In this document: positions 1 to 12,470 of the stretch, piece after piece | Layout: each line of letters begins with the position of its first letter | Position numbering within the stretch: the first letter of the stretch is position 1 | Origin: Podarcis cretensis | Taxonomy: Eukaryota | Reading direction: 5' to 3' | Assembly: GCA_951804945.1 (NCBI GenBank) | Contig: OX638158.1 | Coordinates: 17,112,001 to 17,176,000 of the forward strand | DNA length: 64,000 nucleotides | Notes under the pieces: model-generated | Told to the model about the DNA's origin: nothing | The model's database searches: none | The model's input: the letters and a program-made list of their open reading frames with translations, nothing else | Translations under genes and position numbers: made by a program

Positions 1-1231
1 ATATCCTCCTCAGTGAGAGAGGGAGTTAATATATGCACTGCCTCATTTCTTTGACCTCGCCAATAAAAGCTGTGTATTTTTTATTTGCCCTTATTAGGAC
101 AATCTCGGTTATCAACCTCTGGGCCCTAAAGTTTACTTTGCGAACATACGCTGCACATCAGCAATAAAAAAAGCAAAATAAAATAAAGCACGCATCGGAA
201 ATTAAAAGGAACAGGGAAGAAATAAAAGCCTGGGAGTTAACTTGGGTTTGTGCAACTGCTTCAGAATTTGTGACCAATTAAAAAAAAGAGAGAGGTTTTA
301 TTTTTTAAAAAAGAGAGTAATCTTATCTTGTTGATAATTTTAGCAAGGACTCAGATCTGCATCCTGTAACCTGTAAAATACAGAGTGCCTCTCAGCACAT
401 ACCAAGTGTATTTGCCTGATTACCAAGGAAGCAAACTCTTAGTTGGTGCTGAGGCAAGTTTGAACCCTGCACCTCTCATTTTATGGACTAAACTGTATTA
501 AATTCATTACACATAGCTTGAAGTCAGCTTGCTTATACGCTGACTGGGCGTTGCTTTAAACCAAATCAACACTAAGCCAGGATTCTTTGAAAGCAAAAGT
601 AAACGCAAGCAAAGTATCCAGAAGGATCAATATTCAATTATGATAGAAATCGCCCCTTACCAGTTCAGGGTGGGCGGTGGTTGTGACCTGTCGTGTGGCA
701 GCCATTTGCTTCCTCCCCAGCCACTGCGGAGCATCACAGGTTCCCGCCAGACCTGATTTGATCCAATCCACGGCGGTCTGGGGGGCGGGGCTTGGGGAGT
801 GGACCCGAGTGTGGCAGTCTTCAATCAGGTCCGCTCCCAGCCTATATAATGGGGCTGGCACTGCTCTCGGCAGCACATTCGGCCGGGAGCATCACCCACC
901 CACTGCTCGTTATTGCCTTTGTGTTGGTGTCCTAAACCTTTCCTTCCAGGATGTTTTGTGGGCTTTGCTATAGTTTGTAAGGGTTGCCGTATTTGGAGCC
1001 GGGAAGGTTTTGCCTTCCTTGATGCATTGTAAAACCCTTGTGCGTATGTATTTGCCAAATTTCTATCCCTCCATTCCTTCCAAAGAAGGTAGAACTCTCA
1101 TGAGTGAACTGATTACTACTGTGAAAGAAATTTTGATGAAAAGACACTTGAAAGCCATTTAAAAGCCAATTATATATATTTTTAAATAAACCACAGGTAC
1201 ACCTTCACTTTTACTTTTTGGGATGTCTTAC

Positions 1232-1294
1232 TGCTGAATACACAAGAAGCTCCAATGAGAACGTAGGCAAAGTCTAAGTCTACGAAACTCCATC
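1232..1294 (-). CDS. Candidate additional CALD1 exon (alternative first exon or 63-nt cassette): MEFRRLRLCLRSHWSFLCIQ
   Basis: aaaag|G ATG GAG...CAG CA|gtaaga. Strong Kozak (AGGATGG), phase-2 donor matching the other CALD1 first exons, ~80-nt AG-free zone upstream. Confidence 0.4.
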
Positions 1295-1789
1295 CTTTTG
1301 AGAGCCAATTGGATTTGGGGTGAAACATCCAAAAATGGCACGGAAAAAATTAGGTAGTAGGTGAGGGAAAACAACACCTTTAAAATGAGAAAATATTTTT
1401 CACAGTGGTGGAAAACTAGGAACGCACAAACACACGAATGCAAAGCGCGTACACACACAACCAAATACTTCTGTATGGAAATATTATTTTTTTCAATCAG
1501 GAGAGAGATAAACCTCTAGAGAGACCAGTGGAAACCAGCACATACACAAATATATCTACCTGAATGGAAATAGTTTTCATTCATTGTACCGAGAGCCCTC
1601 TGGCTACAAAGGCAGTGGTGACAAACTAGCTTGTTTGTAGAGATATAGCTATCAGTAAACTCATTTGGGAAGAATGGGGAGTATTTAACAAATACTACTG
1701 CTAATAATATGCTGTAGTGAGAGTTAATGCATATGATGGTTAAGAGGCTGCGTTTTAGGGCTCAGAAGTCCCCCGTTCAACACTCATTT

Positions 1790-2250
1790 CTAAGAACTTA
1801 GAAACAGCGCTGCTGGATCAGACCAAAGCCCCATCGACTCCATCATTCTGCCTTCACCGCAACCAACCAGATGCTGTGAGGACAGGAAGCCTGTGAACAG
1901 GGCCTGAGCACAACAACAACCCTCCCCTTCTGCAGTTCTCAGCAACCCTTAATCAGAAGCATGGTGCCTCCAATAGCGGTGGCAGAACATGGAGATCAAG
2001 GGTAGTAGCCTTATCCTCCTGGGAACCATTCAATTGTTTTTCAAAGCCATCCAAGTCAAGGGCCATCCCTGCCTCCTGTGGCAGTGAGTTCCACAGTTTA
2101 ACTGGGTGCTTTCTGCCCTCCAACCTTCTGCTTCATTCGATGGCCACGAGTTCTAGTCTAATGAGAGAGGGAGGAAAGAGGTTCTCTATCCACTTCCCAT
2201 CCATACTTTTTTGTACACTTCTGCCATGTCGCCTCTAACTTGTCTTTTCT
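1790..2250 (-). mobile_element. Old CR1-type LINE 3' fragment
   Basis: taagaac...gctggatcagacca 3' end and gcagtgagttccacagtttaact; related pieces at ~24355-24455 and ~46500-46890 (+). Confidence 0.55.
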
Positions 2251-2691
2251 CGAAGGACAAAGGAAGATCCCCACAGGATCCCCGAATTTCGACTTTGTCC
2301 CCAATCTTCTTTCCCACACCAGCCGTCCAGACGTCTGTGGGAGTCCCACAAACAGGGCATGGGGGGGGTGAACCCTGCCCTGCTGCTATTCCCCAGTAAG
2401 GGCTATGCAGTGTATTGCTGCCTCTGCTCAGTAGGCAACATTACATTTCTTATTCCCTTCCTCGAAGGAACTCAGGCTGCTGCACAAAGTCCTGTTCCCA
2501 CCCAGCTCCGTTTTGTCCTCATGGCAACCCTGTGAGGTAGGTCAGATCTGAGAGATAGCGAGCGGCCCAAGGACTCCGTGGGCTTCCTGGATTATCCACC
2601 TGGTTCTCCCCAGTCCAAGCAAAACTACGGTAACTACTACAGCACATTCAAGAAGCCATTGTGCTTATCCTCAGCCCTCCATCTCTAATTA

Positions 2692-2903
2692 CAGTGGGAC
2701 CTCTGGTTAAGAACTTAATTCATTATGGAGGTCCGTTCTTAACCTGAAACTGTTCTTGACCTGAGGTACCACTTTAGCTAATGGGGCCTCCCGCTGCTGC
2801 GCAATTTCTGTTCTCATCCTGAAGCAAAGTTCTTAACCTGAGGTACTATTTCTGGGTTAGTGGAGTCTGTAACCTGAAGCGTCTGTAACCTGAGGTACCA
2901 CTG
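2692..2903 (-). mobile_element. Tc1/mariner-type MITE family A
   Basis: TIR cagtggtacctc-like at both ends, TA flanks, internal (aacctgaa) repeats; 10 near-identical copies in the window. Confidence 0.9.
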
Positions 2904-5296
2904 TATAGGGACAATAATAATGACCCACCGTGCAGAACTGTTGTGAAAACACAATGTAAGTGAGGTGCTAAAAGCACTCATAAAATCACCAGATGAATGC
3001 TGTATATTATCCTATATTTTAATAACAAATGCATGTAGAGGGTCAATTATTAGGCAGCCTAGATGGCACCATCCATGCACATCAAGGGGGTATCAGCAGG
3101 CTGGGGAGAGAACCCCAAGGTGTGCAGTAGTACAAAACCCCTAAGGGGTGGGGGCCAAGACCCTCATTGAAGTCTGAGTATGCCCAGTGACTAGAGCATG
3201 CTGGCTGACAGCTGGGTGGAAAGCAGAAAACCATCTTGAGTGAGAAATGGAATGGAACATCCCGAACATAGGTATAGTAGAGCACTCTACCCTGCAACTT
3301 TATTTTGTATTTTTATTTTCTGCAAGTTCCGTTACATACTAAAAAGAGATCCCAAAGAACCCATTCCTGGGGCCATTTTGGGCTCAGTTCTCACACAGAA
3401 AGGCCATATATGCATTTTTTCATTTAATATCAGGTTATCATTTTATAGATTGCAGTACCAAGTTGACCTATTGCATACATAACCTTTGCTTGACACAGCA
3501 GCTGCAGCTGACTTCAGCTCTGTTAAAACAAAAGAAAAAACAAAACCCAGCAGTTTGATATGAATCTAAGTATCCAGAATCGAGGAATTTGGTTGGATTC
3601 ACTCAATCTGTCAGGGATTTGGAGCCACTGAGTCTGCTAGGTCCTGCTGCAAATCTGACTTGCTTGAGTAAGTTTTTTATTACCTGTGATTCACAAAAGG
3701 TTGAGTAACTTGTGAAGCTCGTTGGTGCAATGTTGTGGGACATGTAAGTATCGAAGGAATGTTTAATATTTACTTCGTTTTCTGTCTGCTGCCCGAGTCC
3801 AGTTTCCGTGTGATAACAAAGTCACTGTCTAGATACCTGTCTGAGCCTTTATCCCTTTAACAGGAGAGAGACACTGGGAGGCTTTGAGTCAGACAGCCTG
3901 GTGACCCTCAATCATGATATGAGCATGTGTCACCTTCTGACAAAGCTGAGTGATGAATGAGTGGGAAGGGTTGAGCTGATAGCTGGAGATATGATGGAAG
4001 AATCACAGAATTATGTAGAAACACCAAATTGAGCTGACTTTAGCAAGACAAAAATGAGCCCCTGTGGTTAACTGTCTACGTGGTGCCGTCGTCGTTTCCC
4101 ACTCATCTCATTCAGCTGGAAGAAATATCTACCACTATGCATCAATTTATCCAGATTCAGTGTATGTAATCTTGTCAAGTCTCCTTTTGCAGGGAAATCG
4201 TATAATTACCTCTGCAGATTTTCACATTATGAATCATGCCATAAAATCCACCGTGAATTAAAAAACTAAGAAATGGGGCTTTTAGCGTTATCAGCCCAGT
4301 CCTCTGGAACACCCTGCCACTAGAGATTCCGTGGGCACTTTTCTGTGCCAACTTTTAAAGGCCTGCTGAAAATTCTTCTATTCCACCAGGCCTGTGTGTG
4401 CAATTAAGAGTACATCTCCCACAATGGCCTAATGATGTTTGTTTTTAGTTTCTTTTTCCTTTAAACTTGTTTTTAACTTGTGATTTTATTGTCTGGTTTT
4501 ATGCAAACCGCCATAAACCGCGGTGATATATTTTTATGATACATCAGTATACAAATATTGTTATAAACGATAAATAAATAACCATTGTAACTAAAACTGA
4601 CACATTTGGATCATTTGAGGGTTTGGTTATTTATGAATGTTTAAGGGATACAATGTTCACCTCTCTGCAGTCATGTGGGTCACATTGTTGTCATCATGAA
4701 AACAGGCTTTCTAAACTACCCCCAGTTTTGATTTGATTGCTAGAGTCTGCTGTGCCCTAATTAATACCCCCATATAACATTTCTGCAAATTCCTAAAATT
4801 GAAAGAACACTTTGCCAATAGCAGCAATTAAAACATGCAGTGCAATGATACAACTCCTCTCTCAATATCATACTACCAGATACCACATCACTTTCTATGC
4901 CCCTTGAGTTAATCAGTGTCTAGTATTTACCAGGAGATTAAGCAGCCTCCAAATTTCACATAGACGAAAGCAACTTCTATAACAACTAAGCAGCCAATTG
5001 TCATTTGAAATTTGTTTGCTAGATCTTTTCTGAATGCATACAGAGTTGTGGCCATTTTTACAAGCAAGCAAAATTTGACTACAGCAAAAGAGGGTGGAGG
5101 GGGGCAGGGACGGAATAAGACAATTGAAAGCATTGGCTCACAGCTCTCCCAACATGTTGCAACCTATTCTGCTTCTTTGAACCATCAGAGCCAATTTTTC
5201 TCCAACTTTAGGAGGAAAACCCCACAGACCGAAAAGTTAGAAACTCTCCCCCCCCCCCCCCACACACACATACAGCATCAAAAATCAGGAACTCAC

Positions 5297-5343
5297 ATGG
5301 AAAGACCTGATAGGTTTCTCCTGCAATAGGCTCCGCTGATCAT
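5297..5343 (-). CDS. CALD1: Alternative first coding exon of caldesmon (brain/non-muscle l-caldesmon type), 47 coding nt
   Basis: ATG ATC AGC GGA GCC TAT TGC AGG AGA AAC CTA TCA GGT CTT TCC AT|gtgagt = MISGAYCRRNLSGLS. Similar to the chicken brain-type N-terminus (MISRSYCRQNLSSLSK, from memory). Same phase-2 donor as the 38074 exon. No upstream ATG for ~190 nt. Confidence 0.88.
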
Positions 5344-5545
5344 CCCTGGAATGCAGGGATTAGAGAACGGTGCTTTGCCGGCTGACAGCCTCGGAGGGAG
5401 CAGTTGAAGGAATGAGCAGGGTGTGGAAGGAGGGAGCAAAAATATTCCTCTTGCCTTCAGGCAGCCGGAGAAGATATTGGCTGCTTTCGCTACCTCCCCT
5501 GTCAGCTAACTGCTCTGGAACGACCCTCTGGTGTATTATATGGCA
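5344..5545 (-). promoter_or_regulatory. 5'UTR/core promoter of the CALD1 alternative first exon
   Basis: Appears TE-free and is ATG-free on the minus strand. TATA-like TATAAT at 5540-5535; MCAT-like CATTCC motifs at 5348-5353 and 5409-5414. Confidence 0.5.
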
Positions 5546-6484
5546 GCTTCGATTGTGCCCTCTGTTCTACTGACTCTCTAGCCCGAATCCTCCAACCATT
5601 TAGTCCCCTCTGCACTGTGATCACATGATCCCAAGCTGCCCCCACCCCCAGCACTACCTTTACTGCATTCTCTCTAATAGAGCCCCATTTGCAAAGCTCA
5701 GGCCCATTCTTTTGCAAACACTGGAAAGGATCCTACAGCTGCTCCGCTGTGATGTCACCGGTAAGCAGATACCGGTCTGCTGCATAGAGGTTTCTTCGGT
5801 TTGGGTTTGCCTGCAGCCAGCACTGAGCTGCTGGGAGGTGAAACACAATGCAAAGGTGTTTGTTTACTTGCAAATGCCCTGTTTGCAGTAAGAGCCGCAT
5901 TCCAGGTAAGCCAGCATGTGTGTTAACAGCAGGGCTTCAGGTCAAAAGCCTGTCTGAACAGCAAACACGCAGAAGCACAAAGCCCGTGGCATCTTAAAAA
6001 CAATTTTTTTTTCTTGTGAAAGGAGCTTTTGTGGGACACAGAATACTTCACCAGATGTGTAAGATACTTTTTTCAGTTATGCATGGTTATAGATTGAATT
6101 AGGGATAAGCAAATCTGTCAATTTCAGTTTCTCCTTTTCCATTCTCAAGTTCATATTTCCACATTTCTGTATCAGTTTGTAGGGGGTTTTCTTCTTCTTT
6201 TTTATAACCCTCATGGAAATTCACCAATAAATGTCTGCTAATATTTTGCATGCAATTTTGCCTAATATTATGTTGCACCAAGGTGATAGTTATGCCAAGG
6301 CAAGCATTTTGTTTTGCCAAACAGAGCAATGCTCCCTTCTTCACCCTCTGGGTTCTCCCAACCCCTCACAGAGCTGATTTTGGGGGCAAGGGAGCCTGTG
6401 AGGGGTGGGCAGAGCAGGGGGGAAGACCTGTTGCACAAACTTAAGTCCTTGCACTGGGCTTCCATGGATGGGACTTAGTAGTTT

Positions 6485-7026
6485 GGTGGTTCCCAACTGG
6501 TGGTCCAGGGATGCAGGTGGCGCTGTGGGTTAAACCACAGAGCCTAGGACTTGCCGATCAGAAGGTTGGCATTTTGAATCCCCGCGATGGGGTGAGCTCC
6601 CGTTGCTCGGTCCCAGCTCCTGCCAACCTAGCAGTTCGAAAGCAAGTCAAAGTGCAAGTAGATAAATAGGTACTGCTCCGGTGGGAAGGTAAACGGCGTT
6701 TCCGTGCGCTGCTCTGGTTCACCAGAAGTGGCTTAGTCATGCTGGCCACATGACCCAGAAGCTGTACGCCGGCTCCCTCAGCCAATAAAGCGAGATGAGC
6801 GCTGCGACCCCAGAGTCAGCCACGACTGGACCTAATGGTCAGGGTTCCCTTTACCTTTGAATTGGTGGTCCACAGACCCCAAGGAGTCCGTAACCCACAC
6901 AGGGGGCCTGTGGCACAATTCACACAACAAAAACTACCATAGACATACCAAATTTTCAAAAGCAGGTTTGTGGCCTGGCTCTTGAAATATAAGGGGTGTT
7001 CAGGATTTGGCTAATTGGGAACCACT
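6485..7026. mobile_element. hAT-like MITE split by Sauria SINE
   Basis: Termini ggtggttcccaac / ttgggaaccactg. Confidence 0.55.
6508..6858 (+). mobile_element. Sauria SINE
   Basis: tRNA-like head (ggtggcgctgtggg...gaatcccc), ccctttaccttt tail; TSD aa(c/t)tggtggtcca at 6495-6507 / 6860-6872. Confidence 0.9.
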
Positions 7027-7209
7027 GCATTTCAGTTGAATCCCACCCAGTTTTAGAGAACATTCCCCAGCTTACTTGAAGATGCTAAGGGCTGAAATTG
7101 GCACCTTCTGCACGCAAAGAATATTCTCTACTCCTGCTATGCCCCTTCAGTGAGTGTCAGGAATACTTTTCTAGCTCTGATTTTGATCTGAACTGCAGAA
7201 GAATTTAGA

Positions 7210-7558
7210 ATAAATGGCCTCAGCCCAGTATACCTGAAGGACCGTCTCCACCCCCATCGTTCTGCCCGGACACTGAGATCCAACGCCAATGACCTTCTGG
7301 CGGTTCCCTCGCTGCGAGAAGCCAAGTTACAGGGAACCAGATAGAGGGCCTTCTCGGTAGTAGCACCCGCCCTGTGGAACGCCCTCCCACCAGATGTCAA
7401 AGAGATAAACAACTATCTGACGTTTAGAAGACATCTGAAGGCAGCCCTGTTTAGGGAGGTTTTTAATGACTGATGTTTTAATGCATTTTTTATCTTTGTT
7501 GGAAGCTGCCCAGAGTGGCTGTGGAAACCCAGCCAGATGGGTGGGGTATAAATAATAA

Positions 7559-7600
<42 letters not shown>
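7210..7600 (+). mobile_element. L2 LINE 3' end with (TTG)n tail
   Basis: Matches the other L2 copies (cagggaaccag...agggccttctcggtag); ggggtataaataataaat tail. Confidence 0.85.
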
Positions 7601-8325
7601 AGAATTTGAAAGCTCATCATTCATGTGAGATTGATTTTACAAGCCCAAAAGTTCTCATCCGAGCACCTCTTTGTTGGCATGTCCAGTTTGATCCTTTATG
7701 GAAATGAGGATTTTCCAGGAGCTAAGTTACAACTTAAATATAGTTTTGCCCCAAGGGATCTTGACATAGTTCTTTACGGTGAGATGCAGAACTTACATAC
7801 GTACATCATTTCATTTGTCTGCTGCCTTTCCGTAGTTCAAGACATGCTCAAGGCAGCTTACAACATGAAACAAAAATCACATAATTACAAACATAACAAA
7901 AGTAGTCATAAACAATGAAATATCAAAGAGTACACAATCAAATTGAATAATTTCTACGTAGATCATAATAAGATCTAAAATATATTTTTTTAAAAAACAG
8001 CAACAACTGCCCACCAACAAAATCCACTAAATACTCCAGTTCCAGAATCTGTTAATTAACTTCAGTTTTTGTAGCTGGAGTCAGTCCAGGCCCCACCCTC
8101 CCAGGTCTGGGGGAAATGACCTGCAAGGTGAAGAGCAGGTCTTCCAGGAATTGCAGCCAATGTGGTCTCTTGAACTCAGAGTCTTGTCCTGTTTGAGGAA
8201 TGGCCCCTTTTGCCTTTCTAAGGAAGCTATTGGGTTGGGTATGTTCCACCAGTGTCATTAAGAGTCGGCACACTCAGCAAATTATCTGCAATAGTAGTTA
8301 AGCAACATAATTTCAGGCCACAGTA

Positions 8326-8551
8326 CAGTGGTACCTCAGGTTACATACGCTTCAGGTTACAGACTCCGCTAACCCAGAAATAGTGCTTCAGGTTAAGAAC
8401 TTTGCTTCAGGATGAGAACAGAAATCGTGCTCCGGCAGTGCGGCAGCAGTGGGAGGCCCCATTAGCTAAAGTGGTGCTTCAGGTTAAGAATAGTTTCAGG
8501 TTAAGAACAGACCTCCAGAACGAATTAAGTACTTAACCCGAGGTACCACTG
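8326..8551 (+). mobile_element. Tc1/mariner-type MITE family A
   Basis: TA|cagtggtacctc...gaggtaccactg|TA. Confidence 0.9.
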
Positions 8552-10036
8552 TATGAAATACGGCAGAGACTGTGTCTTGATTTCATACACATGCAAGCTG
8601 TGTTTCCTCTTTTAAAATGAAATGGGAACTCTTTCTGCATGTATTAGCAGGCAGCATGAATGTCCACCCAACAAATGTTTGGCAGCGTCAAAGGTGGCAG
8701 AACCAATCACCTTCCAAAAAGGGAAGGCGGGCCTAGATTTAATCTCCTGGCTTTACCTTCAGCAGTGAGGGGCAGCTGATAGCATCAAGCATCTGTTTCG
8801 CACTGTATATGAAGCCTCGCTCCAGAGATGGGAACTGTGCCAATAACCCTGGTATTACATGGAGGAATTCAGGAAAGGGAATAGCATAAAAGCCTCACCT
8901 CTTTTTGCATGCGCAACTCAAAGTCTAAACAGGGGAATCTGAGCACCAGCCACTCTTTCTGGATCAGGACAAGATTTTCACACTGAATATTGCTAAATGG
9001 CTTTAATTTATTTTTAAAACCTGAAAGTTGGCTCATGTAAAAGGGAAACTTTTGCTTTCATTGGCATTTATTTGTACATCTGTAGCACCATTTCTCCTTC
9101 AACAATTTCTCCAAATGAACTCTGGTACATGTGTTTAACGACATTTCACATCTGAATTCGAACTCAGTCCCCACATGCTTTCACAGGGTCTGTTGGAGAG
9201 GAAAAGATGCAAAGTGCCAGGAATCTCAAATATCGTAGCTTACTAGATAAACGTGTTGTTTTTAAAGAAAAAGTTGTTATTTCCACCTCCAGGTAAACAT
9301 GGTATTTATCCTCCGTTGAACTTTACACTGAAGATGGAAGGGGGAAATAGATACAAATACAACTGCCTTATTTCAGAGATGCCAGCTTCTCCAAGAAACA
9401 CACAAACTCCAGCCATGTACCACTTCTCAGAAAACAGGCTTATCTGCCAAAGGCTCCACAAAGCTATTGGCGCTGTGCAGGAAAAAGAAATGTGTTTGTT
9501 GTTAAAAATCCAGCATAATGACATTAACATCTGCTCATTGTTTAAATAATATTATTAACTCTTCACTACCTGGGAAAGTCAGGATTGTCACAACTTTTTG
9601 TTGCTGTTGCAGAATACACAGGAACTCTGCCTTTATAACATACATTGCTAACCCAGCCTTCTGTATTGAGTCCCATTCAAATGCTTTCTTTTTTAAGAGA
9701 GCTTTCTTTAGCCCTTTAATTCTGGTTATTGCAAGGAGCGGCAGATTCTTATCTGGTTAATTAAACAGGGAATAGGCAGCAGGAGCAGCAGCAAGGGAAA
9801 GCACCTGCATATTCAAAGCAATTGGAAGCAATTTGAGGTTCAGTGGCAATTACAATCCCATTTCTATCCCATTTAATTTGTGAGCTAAACTGCATGCTAT
9901 ATGGGAGATCTCTGAATAGAACACCAGAATTTTCTTTTTTAAAGGAAATATTGCTATGGAGAGCTAATCAGCGAAACAGCAAAAAAACAACAAAAAAAAA
10001 ACTCTTGTTTTTTGTGGAGGGAGGGAAATAGAACTA

Positions 10037-10278
10037 CAGTGGTACCTCGGGTTAAGTACTTAATTCGTTCTGGAGGTCTGTTCTTAACCTGAAACTGTTC
10101 TTAACCTGAAGCACCGCTTTAGCTAATGGGGCCTCCTGCTGCCGCTGCGTCGCCGGAGCACGATTTCTGTTCTCATCCTGAAGCAAAGTTCTTAACCTGA
10201 GGTACTATTTCTGGGTTAGCAGAGTCTGTAACCTGACGCGCATGTAACCTGAAGTGTATGTAACCCGAGGTACCTCTG
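10037..10278 (-). mobile_element. Tc1/mariner-type MITE family A
   Basis: TIRs and TA flanks; opposite orientation to the 8326 copy. Confidence 0.9.
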
Positions 10279-11968
10279 TACATGCTACTGACCAGCCTTG
10301 CCTGGTATAGAAGCCGAATAGTAAGGTTGGAAGGGACCCCTAGAGCAATCTAGTCCAACCCCCTGCAAGGCATAGAAGGCATAGATGGTAGAGGCACAGA
10401 CAACAGAGAATTCTTGGCAGGCAAATAAGCAGATTGACAGAAGCAGGGGCAGATCTCTCCATTCCTCATATGTCATTTAGTTACCATGCTGGCTCTGAGG
10501 AAGGGAAACCCTTTGTTCCACAGACAGCACAGAAACACAGAAGACTGGCTTTCTCCCTCCTCAACAAGACTGATCAGTCGAGGGCAATGTTTTCACTAGA
10601 GGTTAGTAGCCTGTATGTCTATGCTAGATGGGGGGGGGGGGGTTCCTGGAAAGGATGACTACATAAGTATCTCCATGCTTGTATTCCATATCAACCACCC
10701 AGGTCTCTTGGGGTATCTAAAGGAGGTCTGCTCCATGTCCTTTCAGTGTATAAAGGGAAATCTGCCAAAAGTATGGGACAGGGCTTTTTTTAGTGTTGGC
10801 CCCAATTTCGTCAAAAGATTGCCCTGTGGAAGCCCATAACAAGGAAGTAGGCTTCCTTGTTCCCTGCCTTCTACCACCAGGTCAAAAATGGATGCATCTC
10901 CTTTAGTGGAGATATATCAGTGCAGCTTGGCCACTGTTTGAAAACATAAAGTTGAAGCCATCAAGCAAAAAAGTCACAGCCCATGAGCTTTGTTTACTGC
11001 CTTGGAACAGATTACCAGGTTTTTACTTATGGTTGCTGCTTTTATTGGTTCACAGTCTCCATTTTAAGATTGTTGCTGAATAGTATTAACTCCCTGTATA
11101 CAGCTTTGGGTGGTTTTATTGGGAAAGTGACTTATAAATGTTGAATGCAACTAAAATCTGAAGGGCAAAGTGGAATTTAATCTGAAGTACAGGCTTTCGC
11201 TCAGTTACTGGTACACAATGTTTAGGACATTAACAGTTGTTAAACACCTGAAGAAATATCTAGATAGGTTTCACGTGAACAGTCTATGTACCTGTTATTA
11301 TAATTTTTTTTAAAACTCTCCCTTCTTCCAAAACATAATAGCCTCATAGAACATAATGGAGCCCTGTTCTATCAGAACAGCATTCCACTAGAGAGTTCAG
11401 AAAATGGAGTTTTCCATATTTTTTGCCTTCTGGCAGCTCTCCTTTATAAGAAAGGAGTAGCAAGATATCATATCGGCTCCCTCTCTCACTGCAAACTGAA
11501 ACTTGATTAGAAAACCACATTTCCTAGGACCAACTTCCATGTCGGCAGTCCACAAAGTGATGCAAAATCCAGCAACAAAGGAACATAATATTTTATAAAT
11601 CTGTGATAGAAAGGAAGGCTATTTCCATCCAAGTGTTTCCTTGAGTTGTTTTTACTGCTGTACCATTGGTGGTGGGGTACATTATACAAAGCCTAGAACA
11701 ATGATCTCCTTGTCATGTCTGGGGGTAAGTTAATTTAGAGGCCTTCCAACAATGTACTATAGAGCCACACTCCTTTACAGAGCTATATCAATACAGCATA
11801 GAGATACTGGTTTTAAAATCATTAAGTGGAAGCCATTGGGTGAAATCAAAGCTTATTACAATGAGCGGCCGCTTGAAGCATCCCTCAAGAAATACTGTAG
11901 CTTACACGTCCAGATCCCATGTGGTGGAAAGGATGGGGAACCGGTGGCCCTCCAGATGTTGTGGAACC

Positions 11969-11972
11969 AATA

Positions 11973-12020
<48 letters not shown>

Positions 12021-12470
12021 TATTTATTTATACCCCACCCACTCTGGGCAGCTTTCAACAAAATACAGTGGTACCTCGGGTTACATACACTTCAGGTTAC
12101 ATACGCTTCAGGTTACAGACTACGCTAACCCAGAAATAGTGCTTCAGGTTAAGAACTTTGCTTCAGGATGAGAACAGAAATCATGTGGCAGCAGCGGGAG
12201 GCCCCATTAGCTAAAGCGGTGCTTCAGGTTAAAAACAGTTTCAGGTTAAGAACTGACCTCCGGAACGAATTAAGTACTTAACCTGAGGTACCACTGTATT
12301 AAAATACAGTAATGCATCAAACATTAAAAGCTTCCCTAAACAGGGCTGCCTTCAGATGTCTTCTAAAAGTCTGGTAGTTGTTCTCTTCGATATCTGGTGG
12401 GAGGACGTTCCACAGGGTGGGTGCCACTACCGAGAAGGCCCTCTGCCTGGTTCCCTGTAACTTGGCTTCA
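11969..12470 (-). mobile_element. L2 LINE 3' end with (AAT)n tail, split by MITE
   Basis: aaggccctctgcctggttccctgtaac core. Confidence 0.85.
12066..12296 (+). mobile_element. MITE family A nested in an L2 3' end
   Basis: TIRs and TA flanks; L2 sequence continues on both sides. Confidence 0.9.

Noticed and set aside
5660-5848. ORF ending ...RILSSVCK... as the brain-type caldesmon exon
   Set aside because: The resemblance is superficial and it runs to a stop. The better match with a phase-2 donor is at 5297-5343.
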